Origin: Marsupella aquatica
Taxonomy: Eukaryota; Plantae; Marchantiophyta
DNA length: 64,000 nt
Assembly: GCA_973895155.1 (NCBI GenBank)
Contig: OZ316899.1
Location: 12,244,834 to 12,308,833, forward strand
Reading direction: 5' to 3'
In this document: piece by piece, positions 46,183 through 60,342 of the stretch
How the letters are laid out: every line of letters begins with the position of its first letter
How positions within the stretch are numbered: position 1 is the stretch's first letter
The notes under the pieces: model-generated
Database searches by the model: none
The model's input: only the letters and a program-made list of their open reading frames with translations
Told to the model about the DNA's origin: nothing
Program-made: the position numbers and the translations under genes

Positions 46183-48168
46183 TGTCACATTGTCAGCCTA
46201 GGCCTTAAATCGGGCTTCGGCTTAGACAGACACATTCTTCGTAAATATGAGGGTTCGGGCAGAGAGGGAAGCCCGGAATGCACCTAACCACGTAAACTAG
46301 CGCTAAGTGCAACTACTATTATTTACGGACACCTCCTAGGTATAGTTTGTGTTCCACCGCCGGAACGTACCTTAGTCGATAGCGAGATCGACCCCGGCTT
46401 ACGGGCTTTTAAGCCTTCGTGTTGTCCGCCTTTGATCCGGATTCGATGATACGGTCACTCAACCCGGGCTCGCAACCACTTACCCGCAAGTTGCACCCCG
46501 TGCATGGCTCAGGTAGTGCGTTCGGCCAAGCGTTGGCACCCATACACGAGATTCACACATATGCAAGCATACAATCTTGATTTACACAAAGGAAATAATG
46601 GGAAAGGATTTTACTACATAGGGGACATACACGTACACTTAGTTGACCCAAAAGCTCTCGAATGAACAGGTCCAAGGCCGAGGGTGTACACTATAACAGA
46701 GCCCGGCTCCGCACTCGCCCCTTAGTCCTACCCCCTCCCCTTCGTACTCTTTCACTCGCAGAGGTCGGGACTCCCCGCACATACTGCGGATGCCCCACTT
46801 TGAGACTAACAAACCCCCCCCCCGCCTCTACCGCAACCGTGGCCAAGGGAACCCAGATACGGTTGCGGGTTCCTTCCTCTTCCTTCCCCGGGACTGATTT
46901 CCGAGGTGACTGGAAGAGGGGGACACTTCCCCATCCTCCCTATCTGGTGGCGGTAGTGCTACCGCCGTGAGTATTGGTATCGGGGCCGCTAGAGTCACCG
47001 TGTTATCCCCTCGGGCTTGCTGGAGTGGCGCCGGGTTGTACGGCGACTGTAGAGTCGTACCCCGCGGCCATCGATTCAGAGGGGGGTGAGCCTCCTTGTC
47101 TTCGGAGCTAATATTCACCGCATTCACCATGGATTGTACTCAAAGAGGTGGTGCGACCGGTGGCGGGGATCGGCTTGGCTGAGGCCGAGGGGGTGTGGGT
47201 GCGAGTACAGGCACGGGCTCGGGTGGGCCGGCACCGGTCGTTGATGGTATAGTTGCCATGAAGTTCTGCAGGTGCCGGTGGAGGTTTTCCGAAGCAAGTG
47301 TAGATGGCCTTGTCAACCGGGTAGTGTTGAACTTGCTGTTGATGATAGCCTGGACCCGAGCGGGGATGTGATTGAAGTGGTGCCGCTGTAAGTTGATCAT
47401 GCCTGGGATATTGAAGACCTCGTCCGGAAGCCAAAGTAGTGCCTCCCAGAAGCCGATATATTTGCCTCCGTTGAAGAAGTACCCTGATATCTCTTTGGGT
47501 CGATAAAGCTCGATCTGGGACGGGTAGTCAAAGTTAAGGAGATACTGGTGGCGGCCTGCTAGGCGGATGGCTCTCTCGTATTCGCGTTCGATTTTGTATC
47601 GGCGCGGGTTGGCGTGTTTCAATGAGTCGGCCAAGTGCCCTCCGATAGATAGGAACTGCGTCCAGAATCGTATGGCCAAACTGGAAAGGATTGTGTGCGA
47701 TATTTAGAGGAGATAGAAGGCGACTAAGGCTGAGTGAGAGAACTGGGGCCAAAGCTGGTGTGTGAACCAAAGAACTGGTGCCCTGCAAAGGACCGGCCCC
47801 TGTTTTATACCCTGAGAGCTCGTCGGTTGCCCGACGCCTCCTTGTCGCTTACAAGCCAAGCCTTTCATGCTTGCAGTGTACCGGCCACTCCGCCAGTTTG
47901 GGTCAGCGTGTGTCAGTGGCCGCCTCCCGGAGTTTGTTATACGGACCCGAAGAAGGGGCCCATTACACGCTCACAACCCGGGCGTGCAAATGGCGACCCG
48001 CCGCCGGCCCGAACACGAATGCCCCTTATTGACTAATGATTTCCTACTCATAATAGCTACCTAAATATTGTCGTTACTCTAATAATTACGGCCTAAGATA
48101 CCCCTAACGCGCGTGCTAAGCGCGGTTAGGCCAAATCACTCATTTCCTGCTGTACCAGCGGCGTCACA
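46183..48168 (-). repeat. 3' LTR of A2, internally deleted (1986 bp)
   Basis: Matches 56430-60337 minus a 1921-bp deletion joined at CTACC (46828-46832). Confidence 0.93.
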
Positions 48169-51100
48169 TAGCTCCCTACTTAATTGTGAAGCGTCCTTGC
48201 AAACATCACTATCGGCGTTGTTGTCTTGATGGTGGTACTTCTTCACACGATCGTAACTGACTCGCGTGGGGAGTAAATCGCCGGCGTACGTCGCAAGTTC
48301 CAAAGATCCGTTAGGGTAGATCTGATTGACTAGGAAAGGCCCTAACCAACGGGTATGAAGCTTCCCCGGAAACTGCATGTACCTACTATCGTACAGTAGG
48401 ACTAGATCGCCCGTCACGACATTGATCTTCCGTAGTCCTTTGTCGTGTTGCTTCTTGGAAGCTGCGTGCTGCTTTACAGCGTGTCGAGCTGCCAATAGCC
48501 GTGCCTCTTCTAAGGCTTCAATCTGATAAGCTCGGTCTGACAAACTTTCAGGTTCGGGTAAGCGATCCCGAATGCTGACTCGTGGAGTGTGTACTTCAAA
48601 CTCAACGGGCACCAACGAATGTTGGCCAAACACGAGAAAGTACAGGCTGTGACTCGTAGTAGTTTTGTAAGCTAGATTATACGAGTACACCGCGACATAT
48701 AATTTGTCATCCCAGTCGGTTTTATGCGCGGCTACGGTTTTGTTGAGGACTTTCCCAATAATACCATTTGCTCTCTCCATCAGACCGTTGGCCTTTGGGT
48801 GGTACAGGGTGGTCTTGCGATGTTTGACCAGGTATTGTTCCATGAGGCGCGCGACGGTGTCATTGATGAAATGCGTTCCCCGATCGTTGACTAGCTCCAG
48901 TGGTGGCCCGAAGCGAGTGAAAATCTGTTCATATAAGAACCCGACGCTTGTTGCGGTGTTGTCTTTCACCGTAGCCCGTGCCTCGACCCATTTGGTGGAG
49001 TAGTCAATGGCTAGCAAGATGTACCTGCATCTGCGTCTTCGTGTAACTAGAGTGAACGGCCCGATGTAATCAATGCCCCATTTTTTGAATGGTGCAAGCG
49101 GAAGTACGGAAGTGAGAGGGTGGTTGTGGGTTCTTCTTGGGGCGCCAGCCCATTGGCACAGATCGCACCCCTTAATAAAGCTTTGTACATCCTGATGTAA
49201 CGTAGGCCACCAATATCCCAAATCCAAGATCTTTCGGGCTGTCGTAATAGCTGCAAAATGGCCTCCAACTTCTTCCTCATGCAAGGCCCGCATAACAATG
49301 AGCATCTCCTTGTACTCTAAGGAGTGTCGTAATTTCCCGTTAACTCCTTCCTTGTGTAAGTGCCCTTGTATCATGACATATGGTCCGGCCTTCCATAGAA
49401 ACGCAGCGGCGGCCTATTGACGTCGTCGGGGATGCGGCCTGTTAAGAGGAAGGTGATCATTGAGCCATACCACGTAGGTGTTCCCACCCCTACGTGGAAT
49501 AACTCCTTATCCGGAAAAGTATCCTTAATAGGCTGATTGACAAGTACACCGTCCAGTCTTGAAAAGAAGTCGGCGTTGAGGTGTGCTTTTCCTGGCCAAA
49601 CCCAAACCTTGTAGTTGAATTCCTAGAGAAGTAGCACCCACCGGGCTATCCATCCCGTGACATCTGCTTTGTTGACCATGTACTTCAGGCTATCATGATC
49701 CGTGTGGAATATGACCTTATATCCGAGCAGATAGTGTCAAAATTTCTTGCACGAGTAGATAATATCGAGAGCCTCTCGGTTGGTGGGGGAGTAATTCTTC
49801 TCTGCAGCAAATAACTAACAACTGGCGTAATAGATGGGGTGGTCACGACCGTCCTCGTCGAGCTGGCTCAGCACGGACCCGATGCAAAAACCGGAAACAT
49901 CAACGTAAACATGGAATTCTTTATTCCAATCTGGGGTAACCATGATGGGTGTTGTGATGAGTCGCCTGCAAAGTTCTTTGAAAGCAATCCATCTTTGTGG
50001 CGTCTCCTTGATCGCAACATCTCTCTTCATCACCTCCGTGAGAGGGAGTGCGATCTTAGCAATTGAAATCTTTGATGAACCGGCGGTAATATCCTATGCA
50101 GCCCAAGAAGGATCGTATCGCCTTTTGATCTACGGGAAACACAACCGCCATCCAGGCCACGACCTTCTCTTGGTCCACTTTGATACCCCGTTTGGACACA
50201 CGATGACCGAGTAACACTCCCTCCTCTACCCCGAAGAAACATTTGGCGGGATGCAATTTGAGATTAACCTCTCGGTATCATTGTAGCGTACGCCGGAGAT
50301 GTTCTGGGTGCATGGCGATAGTCCCAAAGATGGCAAAGTCATCGATAAATATTTCCAGAAATTCCCGTAAGAAATCATGGAAGATATTCATCATGAGTCG
50401 CTGAAACATGGCCGGGGCGTTACACAGCCCAAACGACATTCTCCAAAATGCGAACATCCCCCACTCCATAGTGAACGTTGTTTTGAGCTGATCCAAGAGG
50501 CGGATCTAGATTTGATTATAGCCCAAATACCCATCAAGGAATGTATAAATTTCATTTTGGGCAACCATATCCAAAACCATATCCGTGAATGGTAATGGGT
50601 AGTGGTCTTTTTGGGTGGCGTCGTTCAGCTTACAATAGTCCTGACAGATGCAAATTTTAGGTTTTCCGTCCGTACCTCCCTTTTTTGGCACAATGACAAT
50701 CGGGGACACCCAATCACTAGTCATCACCGGGTAGATGATATCCACGACGAGGAGACAATCAATTTCCTCCTTCACTAAGATGGAGTACCTCGGGTTCATG
50801 CAATGTTGTCGCTGTCGTACTGAATGAGCCCCCAGGTTCAAATTGATCGTGTGTTCTTCCAACTTGGGGGAGACTCCCGTTAAATCGTGATGGCTCCATG
50901 CAAACACATCTTCATATTCCTTGAGCAGTGCTTGGATAGATTTTTCCGCCTCCCCCGTCAGAGCGTGGCCCAAGTTAAAAGACTTATCCATCCCAATGGT
51001 GTACTTCCGGTAGTGTTCCTTCCTTATGACTTCCACCTGGTTCCGTAAGCTCGGGTCCAGACTCGCATCCAGCTCAGCTAACCAAAATCCTCCGTACATG

Positions 51101-53325
51101 GGTGGAATCGGAATCAGTTTTGGATTTGGAATTACTTCCTCCAATTGCGGGATGGACGGGTCCCAGGAGACTCGTTTCTTAGGTCTTGGACTTGGGTTTC
51201 GGCCTCGGGCAGTTGTTTGGCCGGTTCGTGGTCACTAGGCTCTGCACTGGTAGAGACAGCATTGGCTCCCTGCTTAGCTGGAGCCGTGTCCTCCGTATTG
51301 ATGGGCCGTTTTTGCGTCTCATCAGCCCGGGCGGTAGAGGTGCTCGGGGTGGACTCAATAGCAACCTTCGGGTAATTCAGGAGATGCGTTTCCTGGGTTG
51401 CCTCTACCCCAAAGATGTCCTCCTGGGACAGGGCTGAAATAAGTTCAATCATGTTGAGTTCATCTTCCTCCGAGGTCTCCAAATCACATTCCTCGGGTCC
51501 CTGTGGGGTTTCGCCCTGATAATCATCCATTGCCCATGATACTTGTACCGTGGGTGTCCCAAACCGCAGCTCCTTCTTTCCCCAATCCGTGACTACATGG
51601 CCACCGTACAGCCACGGCCTGCCCAGAAGGACCGGATAAGAGGATGGTCGAACGGGCCTCATGACTAGGAAATTGAGATAGAACTCCACCCCTCCCACGA
51701 GAGTGAGCACCTTGGTAAGCGTGCCCAATGGAAGGACCCTGGCCCCATTTGCTAACCTGATAGCACGGGCCGTGGGTTGATACGTGAGGTATCCCAACTT
51801 GACTGATGTTTCCTCCATCATGATGTTGACTCCCGTTCCCCATCCACAAGAACCATCTTGATGGTACAATTGTTAATCTCAATCGAGATGTCCGGCGCTC
51901 CTAGGTCCTCGCATATCATGTTGCAGTCCGCGATCCCAACTTGGGGTAGTCGTCTCCGTCGCCGACCCGTGAGCAACTCCCTCAATTGCTGTCGGTACTA
52001 TGGATTGTTCTGCAGTGTTGCCCTACCGTTGTTGTAACCGGGCAACTCTTCACGTCTTCCTTAATATCGTAGTCGTCCTTCTTCTCCTCCTTCAGCTGCT
52101 GCTGGGCTTCCGGATTTTCTTGCTCCTGTCATTGGGCGGCCTTGGCTGCTTTGATGTCCTTATCGATTGCTTTCTGGTATTCCCGTGCCTCGTAGGCCTC
52201 CAACTGTTTCTTTACCAATTCTTTGATGCGGGGATAAAATAGCTTTGGGTCGCCCCAACGCTAGTCATCATCCTTTTCTGGGGGTATATCTATCGCTGGC
52301 TGCACCAGCGTAGTATCTTGCTTTTTTCCGGCATTTCTCCTCCTATTTCTCTTTCTTCCGCTCGGCTCTTGTTGACACGCGATAGCATTTGGCCTCATCC
52401 GAGGGATTAGGGTGCTCCGCCACATCTACCAAATTCACCCACTTGGTGTTGTCATCTTGCCATTCCACAACAATCATTTGGATGACTGCATCACTCGGGG
52501 CCGGTCCGCCTTGGGCTGGTCTAGCTACGTTTGTTCAAGCGGCTATTACCAGTGGACAGTTAGCTATGGAATGAGCTTCAATTTTGCAAACTTGGCATAG
52601 TGGGGTGCCTCGGCCATCTCCCTGCCGTCTTGGTTTGGTGCATTCCCTTGCAAAGTGGCCTGGCTTCTCACAGTTGTAACAAACCGGGGATCGCCAAATC
52701 CCTGGCTTAGGAGGAATGCTCGGGTTATTGGTAACCTGGAACCTCCTGCCATTGTTTGGGTAGGGGTATGCAGTTATACCCGCTAAGTTACGCAGACCCA
52801 CCGTTGAAATCTGATACACAAAATCAGGAGGGTCTTCAAAAAAATACTCCATGGACTCCGATTCAGGTCCCGAGTTGTCAACATCATCCAATTCTACCTG
52901 GTGGACTCGATTCTTCCATCTTGGGCATTCCTGCACTACATGCCCAGATTGGAAGCACTTTGAACACCACGCATGTGCTTGCGTCTTGGGTGGCTTCTTC
53001 TTCTCCATAGGCTTTTCCGCGAGATGTACTGACAACACTTTGAGACGATCCGTGATTTAGTTAAGCTTGTCTGCTTCGGCAACCTTGGGATCGGGTATCA
53101 TTTTTCAAACACGGGGTTTTATTTTCCCCTCCTTCTTAACCCGCCTCTTCTTCTTCTTGCTCTGGCTCTCGCTCTTTAAATTGCTTCCCGATGAGCTGGA
53201 AGTGGAGGATCCACTGGTCGAAGTCGAATCCGAGCTAGTTTTTGTCTCCGAACTGGATGAGGTCGACCGATGTTTCTTCTTCTTCTTGCGCTTCTTCTTC
53301 TTCTCGTCGTCAGATTTGGAGTCAC

Positions 53326-55821
53326 TGTCACGCGATTGACATGGGTCTTAACACCAAAAATGTCACTATGGGTGCCAAAACCATCTCCTTGTACCTGAGG
53401 ATCACGAAGGGATGTTGTGAAGGCCGGTAAACACCAATTTATGCCCTTAACACCAGACTATCATAGCAAGACTCTATCACACATCACCCAAGCTCAATCC
53501 CAAGGAACCAAGGTTGGGGATCAGATCTGCGCTCATGATAGTTCTGGTGAGAAGGGGTCTTCATATCGGGCCCGTACACACAGGGCCTAGCGCTACGGTG
53601 CACATAGGTCTATACGTATGCTTACTGTCATAGGTATGTTTCTATTCCGCCGCCAGAATGTACCCATAAACCAGTGACTCCTGACTGATTCCCGGCTTAG
53701 GGACTTCTAAGCCATTGCCCCACCACTTTGCCATTCCACTCTCAGCAATCAGAGCTATGACAGTCCTCACCCAGCCCGCTTCAATGCACCCTGTACACCT
53801 CTCAGTGGCGCTGCTAGTCCCATCATACACTCAGATTGCCTCACACACACACACATCCATGAGAGAAATGAGGTCTGAGAGGAAAACTCAATTAAATTCA
53901 AAGATGTGCACAATAGTTCATTGAGAACACTTGATCCGAACACTAGGGCCGAATGCTGTCTCCTCCAGATTGTGACGTGCTTGCCCCGCAAGCCCCATGC
54001 TTGCCATGCAAGCTCAATCCTGAACCTGAGCCCGGCTCACTCCAGATTGCGACGGCAGATTGGACTCAAACCAATCCCGTACTTGCCTTGCAAACTCAAT
54101 CCTGAACTCAACCTCCTTCACTGCACTTCATTCTTGGGGGCACATACAGATCTCACACCTCCAATTCAGAACGTCAAGTTACGCATGCATAGTTGACTCG
54201 ACTTCAAAGCTGGTACCAGGCCTAACGACGATCTATCCCAGACTGCAATGAGGCCCGGCCTCACGCTTGCCCTGCAAGCTCAGCTCTGGCCATAAATCCC
54301 TTAGTGCTCTCTACCAGACAAAGGCCGGGACTCCCCATGGATCACGTAGCCTTGCCAGACTGAACTGTAAATGCTCCTCCTGCTGCCCCTTAATCAATAT
54401 CTCAGCCTCCCTAATGTGCCCACCGCAAATCGAATTGAAATCCTCCCCACAGTTTACAATCACCAATACATCACCCAGCACCAAGGCTCTGTATCGGGGG
54501 AAAAGAACCCAGTTGTGCTACCCACTAGAAAGAGCCACAATCCAGCTCGCAAACCTAGCAACCCGTTGCTGTGAAGCTTGGCTGATTACTCCCTGAGTAA
54601 TAGCACAACCAAGCTCTCCCCAACACGCAGCGTCCAAGTCCAACCTTGCTTGCACAGAGCTCCTCCCTGCTGCTCAGTCTAAGTGAGATCACACAACTGA
54701 AGTCCCCCCTGCCTCTACCGGAGGGCTGCTCTATATACTTTCTCATTGAGCCCAAATGGGTGGATGCTACGCTGCTGGAGCCCCAGCCCAGCCCTAACAG
54801 AGCCGCCACTATCTCTAACTACTGAACCCTAACTCGCAGCTTTATTTCTATCTCAAATTGGCTATGTACTTTGGATTTGGCCCTCCTCCATGGTTTTCGC
54901 GAGCTTGCGCCTCCTCTCCCGATTTCTCTATTCAACCATTTGTTGCGTGGATAACAGCGTTGGAAGCGGCTTGAGCTCCTCTTTCCAACGAGGTCAATTA
55001 TAGCCGATTTGGTCAAATACACAGAGAGTTATGCCCCCGCAACCGAGAGGGGGTACTCACTGCTGCGCTAACCCGAGTTACATAGCTAACCCGAGTTCGG
55101 CTAACCTAGCTATCCTATCTAACCCGAGTAGAGATAACCCGTGGTCTCGGGTTAGGCCGCTACCCGCTATCCGCTATCCGCTAACCTAGCCTAAGCTGAG
55201 CCCGAACCCGAGCTTACCTATGCTAACCTGAGCCCGAGTTTAGGCTAACCCGAGTTCAGTCTAACCCGGGATCAATCTAATCCGAACCCGGGTTAAGCCT
55301 AAGCTGAAGCTGTGCTGACCTGAGCTAAGCTGAAGCTGTTCTTACCTGAGCTAAGCTGAAGCCGTGCTTACCTGAGCTAAGCTGAAGCCATGCTTACCTG
55401 AGCTAAGCTGAAGCCGTGCTCACATAAGCTAAGCCGTGGTCGAGCTTGGGTTAACCCGAAACTAAAGCCGAACCCGCTAATTCCGGCCACAAGTTAACCC
55501 GTCACACTAATCAGGCCGTATCTTCCTTAATACACCTCCGTTTCCCGAGTGTTTTATATCGATTTTACTCGCCTTGACCAGATCTTTCCAATGCTCTTTA
55601 CAGATCTGGATTTGGTGACATATTGAAAGAGATATGGTCGCCGACCACCCGCGACATAACTTTTATTTCCCTACTCTTAATGCCATGATTGCCCTTATTC
55701 TTGCCATCTTGCTAATTGTTATGCCGTATCAATAGCTACTCCTTGCATACAGCAACCTAGTTAATCAGATCATAGAATAAGGACCATGACTGTGACGCCG
55801 ATAACTCCATCGCCTAGATAT
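53326..55821 (-). mobile_element. Truncated LTR fragment, family D, replacing ~315 bp of A2 gag
   Basis: Begins TGTCACG. Carries the shared U5 hairpin at ~53645 and a minus-strand TATATAG at ~54731-54737. Other terminus lost, no TSD. Confidence 0.7.
55068..55480. repeat. AACCCGAG micro-repeats and 26-bp tandem CTGAGCTAAGCTGAAGCCGTGCTTAC (~5 copies, 55296-55436)
   Basis: Directly visible; in the U3-side part of LTR D. Confidence 0.85.
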
Positions 55822-56398
55822 AACTCTTGTAGCAACGCAGCTTGGAATTGTGCCCATGTAGTCTTGGGTGGCAGTGAGTTGTACCATGGATGAGCTTCTC
55901 CTCGTATCACACCGGGGAGGACAGTTAGCTTAATAGCGTCTTCCCCGTTGGCCTTAGCAGTGGCTTCAAATTCATCCAACCATTCATCCGGATTGTCCCC
56001 ATGACGCCATTTGAAAGGTCGATAATGAAACCGTGACTGTTGTGATATTTGTAAGGGAGCTTGGGCAACGCGGGCCATAGCTGGTGGGGCGGCTGCCATA
56101 GGTACCGGTGGTGGTGGTGGTGCAGCAGGGACTGGAGTAGGACCGGCTGGACCGGACCCCAAAGGTCCCGGTGGTATGTTCATTCGCCGAGGCGATTGCA
56201 AATCCTCCGAGCCTAAAGAGTTGGAGCTTGTTGTGGTTGCATTCTCTTGTTCGCTGGTCAATCTCCTCAAGTAAGCTGCTTGAGAATGAGTGACGGGCAT
56301 TTACTCGTACAAATGCGATGGTTAGTAACTCACTAGGGCCTGGTGTATTCTGCCCAGGTGCACCCGCACATGTCTCCCCTCTACTACACGTAGACTGC

Positions 56399-56416
56399 CC
56401 CCTCCATCTAGCGCCA
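56399..56416 (-). promoter_or_regulatory. PBS of A2 (tRNA-Asn type)
   Basis: Reverse complement reads TGGCGCTAGATGGAGGGG, same 13-nt spacer as A1. Confidence 0.8.
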
Positions 56417-56429
56417 AAAACAAAGGCTA

Positions 56430-59400
56430 TGTCACGTTGTCAACCTAGGCCTTAAACCGGGCTTCGGCTTAGACAGGCACATTCTTTGTAAATATGAGGG
56501 TTCAGACAGGGAGGGAAGCCCGGAATGCACCTAACTCACGTAAACTAGCGCTAAGTGTGACTACTATTATTTACAGACACCTCCTAGGTATGGTTTGTGT
56601 TCCGCCGCCGGAACGTACCTTAGTCGATAGCAAGATTGACCCCGACTTACGGGCTTTTAAGCCTTTGTGCTGTCCGCCTTCAATCCGGATTCGATGATAC
56701 GGTCACTCAACCCGGGCTCGCAACCACTTACCCACAAGCTGCACCCCGTGCATGGCTCAGGTAGTGCGTTTGGCCAAGCGTTGGCACCCATACACAAGAT
56801 TCACACATATGCAAGCATACAATCTCGATTTACACGAAGGAAATGGGAAAGGATTTTACTACATAGGGGACATACACGTACACTTAGTTGACCCAAAATC
56901 TCTTGAATGAATAGGTCCAAGGCCGAGGGTGTACACTATAACGGAGCCCGGCTCCGCACTCGCCCAGCAAGCTTAGTCCTACCCCCTCCCCTTGGTACTC
57001 TTTCACTCGCAAAGGTTGGGACCCCCCGCACATACCGCGGATGCCCCCCTGTGAGACTAACAAACCCCCCCTCGCCTCTACCAAGGGGTGCACTAAATAC
57101 TAAGAGCCGAGGACCGGAGTGGCCTCGTGCCCGAAGATTCGCTAACTAACATCCTAACTAAGCTGGCTGTCAGGCCGAAAAATGACTTGTCTTATAAGAA
57201 GATCCTAATCTACGCATGCTGGACAGCATGGCAGTGCCGCTCTAACCAGGGCAGGCTCTTGTCCCTATAGCCTATTTTAGCTATTCCTAACTCTATTTTA
57301 ATCCTACTCTGCCGCTAATGCCTGGCACACTTGCCAGAGCCGCCTGAGTGGGAGCGACTATCCCGCTGCCTCCTGAGCCTGTCGGCATCCTGCTTGAGTA
57401 GCTGGACCTGGTCCAGTAGAGATTCGTTCTCCCGCTTTGCCATGTCCGCCTCTTCCGCGGCCTCTTGGCATGCCTCCTCCAGTTGCTGGGCGTCTCTCAT
57501 CAGCTTATCCACCAATTGGGCCTGCTTTGTGGCTTCTCCTTGAAGCCATGCCACCTCTGTCTTCAAGGTGTCAATCTTGGCTGTGTCCCGCGTCCTCCAG
57601 ATCCTTTTGCCAAATGACGGTTTGTCCCTTCAAACCATCGATCTTGGTCCGGAGCCGTGCAATCTTGGCGTCCTTTCCAAGCCCGACCTGTTTTGCTAAA
57701 GCTGCCCGGGCCTTGGCCTTGGCAACCTGGTCCTCCGTGGCCGTTACCTGAGGCCGCAGTTGCTGGAGTTTAGCCTCCAGGGTTGCCACTTTGTCCTTCA
57801 GGTAGGCAGACTCAACCCGGTATTGCTCTATTCTCTGCGCATGTCCTGCTTTTACAGCCGCAACCAACTCCTGGTTGAAGAAGTAGGCCACCTTCCGGGC
57901 TATGTATTCCCCGGTGTCCTATGAGATCTGTTGAGAGAAATCTCCCAACAACCCGTTCAGAAACATGCCCGACGCAAAGAGTTCCGGATGGTCTAGACTA
58001 TGTCCATCTGGATTTGGGCACGGGCAGAATCCAACCCGTGCGGGAGTAGGAGTGGAAACATCCAGCCCTTGAGGTAAGTCGGTCAAAGGGGCAGTTCTCT
58101 TCCACAACCGTGGGGGGTGGCGGAATCTCCTCGGCTACTATGGTATCTGGTTCGGGTATGGCTTCATCCAGCCCGGCTTCAATTGCATTGACCCGATTGA
58201 TCGCGTCTAAGGTCGCAATGACGTCCATGGGTATGCTTGGTGGGGCGGCAACGGTGGGTTGCGGGGCCGGGGTAGCAGGGCTTGCAGTTGCCAGACTTTG
58301 GGCCTCAGGCTGCGGTCGCCTCACCTGGGCTGGAAACACCCACTTTGACGGGGTTAGCTTGGGCTCATTGATACGTGGGAGGCTGCGGCGGTCAAAACGA
58401 GCGTACCACTCAATGATGATTTTGATGTGGCTAGCAAAGTATGCCTTTCCGTCAAGGTATAAAGTCTTTGTTCTCCGCTCCATCTCCTCGTGGAACTTCT
58501 TGACGAAGAAGGATGCCCACTTCCTGGGCTGATAGTTCTCCACCTGGATGACCTGGGCGGCCGATATTTCGCCTCTGGGTTCCATCATGTGGAGGGCATA
58601 CCGCTGGAACTCCAAGCGTTCTGCCACTTCTGGGATGAGGCACGTCATCATCAAGAATCCGTTGTCCACTGCTCCCTCGGTTGGGAAGCTAGAAGACTGG
58701 TATTTAGCTCCCTTGCCCCCAGGAGCTCGCAACTCTACCCGGTTTATCCCCTCGGGTAGGCCGAAAATCATCCTCAAACGTGCCTCATTGAGACACATCA
58801 CTCTCCCATGCGCTCAGGTTTGTTGACGGGCCTCGTCAAAGTTCTGAATGAACTCCGTATCCTACCCGTAGTACCTGCTTCCGTTCCAAGGGAGAGAGGC
58901 GAGGTGCTCAAACCCTTGGGTCTTCAAATAGCATGCATGCTTGGGGTGGAGGATGTTCTTGTGAACATTGTCCCCCATGCGATGCATGGTCAGCTTGGCT
59001 ACCGCAACCGTGGCCAAAGGCAACCCGGATATGGCCGTGGGTTCCTTCCTCTTCCTTCCCCGGGACTGATTTCCGGGGTGATTGGAAAAGGGGGACACTT
59101 CCCCATCCTCCCTATCTGGTGGCGGTAGTGCTACCGCCGTGAGTATTGGTGCCGGGGCCGCTAGAGTCATCGGGTTATCCCCTCGGGCTTGCTGGAGTGG
59201 TGCCGGGTTGTTTGGCGACTGTAGAGTCATACCCCGCGGCCATCGATTCAGAGGGGGATGAGCCTCCTCGTCTTCGGAGCTAATATTCACCGTATTCACC
59301 ATGGATTGTACTCGGAGAGGTGGTGCGACCGGTGGTGGGGATCGGCTCGGCTGAGGCCGAGGGGGTGTGGGTGCGAGTACAGGCATGGGCCGGATGGGCC

Positions 59401-60337
59401 GGCACCGGTCGTTGATGGTATAGTTGCCATGAAGTTCTGCAGGTGCCGGTGGAGGTTTTCCGAAGCAAGTGTAGACGGCCTTGTCAACCGGGTAGTGTTG
59501 AACTCGCTATTGATGATAGCCTGGACCCGAGCGGGGATGTGATTGAAGTGGTGCCGCTGTAAGTTGATCGTGCCCAGGATATTGAAGACCTCGTCCGAAA
59601 GCCAAAGTAGTGCCTCCCAGAAGCCGATATATTTGCCTCCGTCAAAGAAGTACCCTGATATCTCTTCGGGTTGATAAAGCTCGATCTGGGACGGGTAGTC
59701 AAAGTTAAGGAGATAGTGGTGGCGGCCTGCTAGGCCGATGGCTCTCTCGTATTTGCGTTCGATTTCATATCGGCGCGGGTTGGCGTGTTTCAATGAGTCG
59801 GCCAAGTGCCCTCCGATAGATAGGAACTACATCCAAAATTGTATGGCCAAACTAGAAAGGATTGTGTGCAATATTTAGAGGAGATAGAAGGCGACTAAGG
59901 CTGAGTGAGAGAACTGGGGTCGAAGCTAGTGTGTGAACTGAAGAACTGGTGCCCTGCAAAGGACCGGCCCCTATTTTATACCTTGAGAGCTCGTCGGTTG
60001 CCCGATGCCTCCTCGTTGCTTATAGGCCGAGCCTTTCACGCTTGCAGTGTACCGGCCACTCCGCCAGTCCGGGTCAGAGTGTGTTAGTGGACGCCTCCCT
60101 GAGTTTGTTATACGGACCCGGGAAGGACCCATTACACGCTCGCAACCCGAGCGTGCAAATGGCGACCCGCAGCCGGCCCGAACACGAATGCCCCTTATTG
60201 ACTAATGATTTCCTACTCATAATAGCTACCTAAATATTGTTGTTACTCTAATAATTATGGCCTAAGATACCCCTAACGCATGTGCTAAGCGCGGTTAGGC
60301 CGAATCACTCATTTCCCGCCATACCGGCGGCGTCACA
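56430..60337 (-). repeat. 5' LTR of A2 (3908 bp)
   Basis: Homologous end to end to the A1 LTRs; adjacent to PBS. Confidence 0.95.
57293..59874 (-). pseudogene. LTR-encoded accessory protein (family A2), disrupted
   Basis: ORF pieces 59805-59296, 59386-58862, 58801-57998, 57891-57571 and 57566-57315 match the A1 LTR protein; start codon reads ATA. Confidence 0.85.
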
Positions 60338-60342
60338 GTATA

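Larger units (their letters stand above)
48136..56300 (-). pseudogene. gag-pol: A2 gag-pol (interrupted in gag by the family D fragment)
   Basis: Collinear with A1: MPVTHSQ start at 56300, zinc knuckles, PR, RT (FIDDF), RH, INT ending ELCDAAGTAGNE. Confidence 0.95.
46183..60337 (-). mobile_element. Full-length Gypsy family A copy 2
   Basis: TG...CA termini, perfect TSD GTATA (46178-46182 / 60338-60342). Removal restores GDLVLLYDNRY|SKFPGKLYTRWLGPF. Confidence 0.97.
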
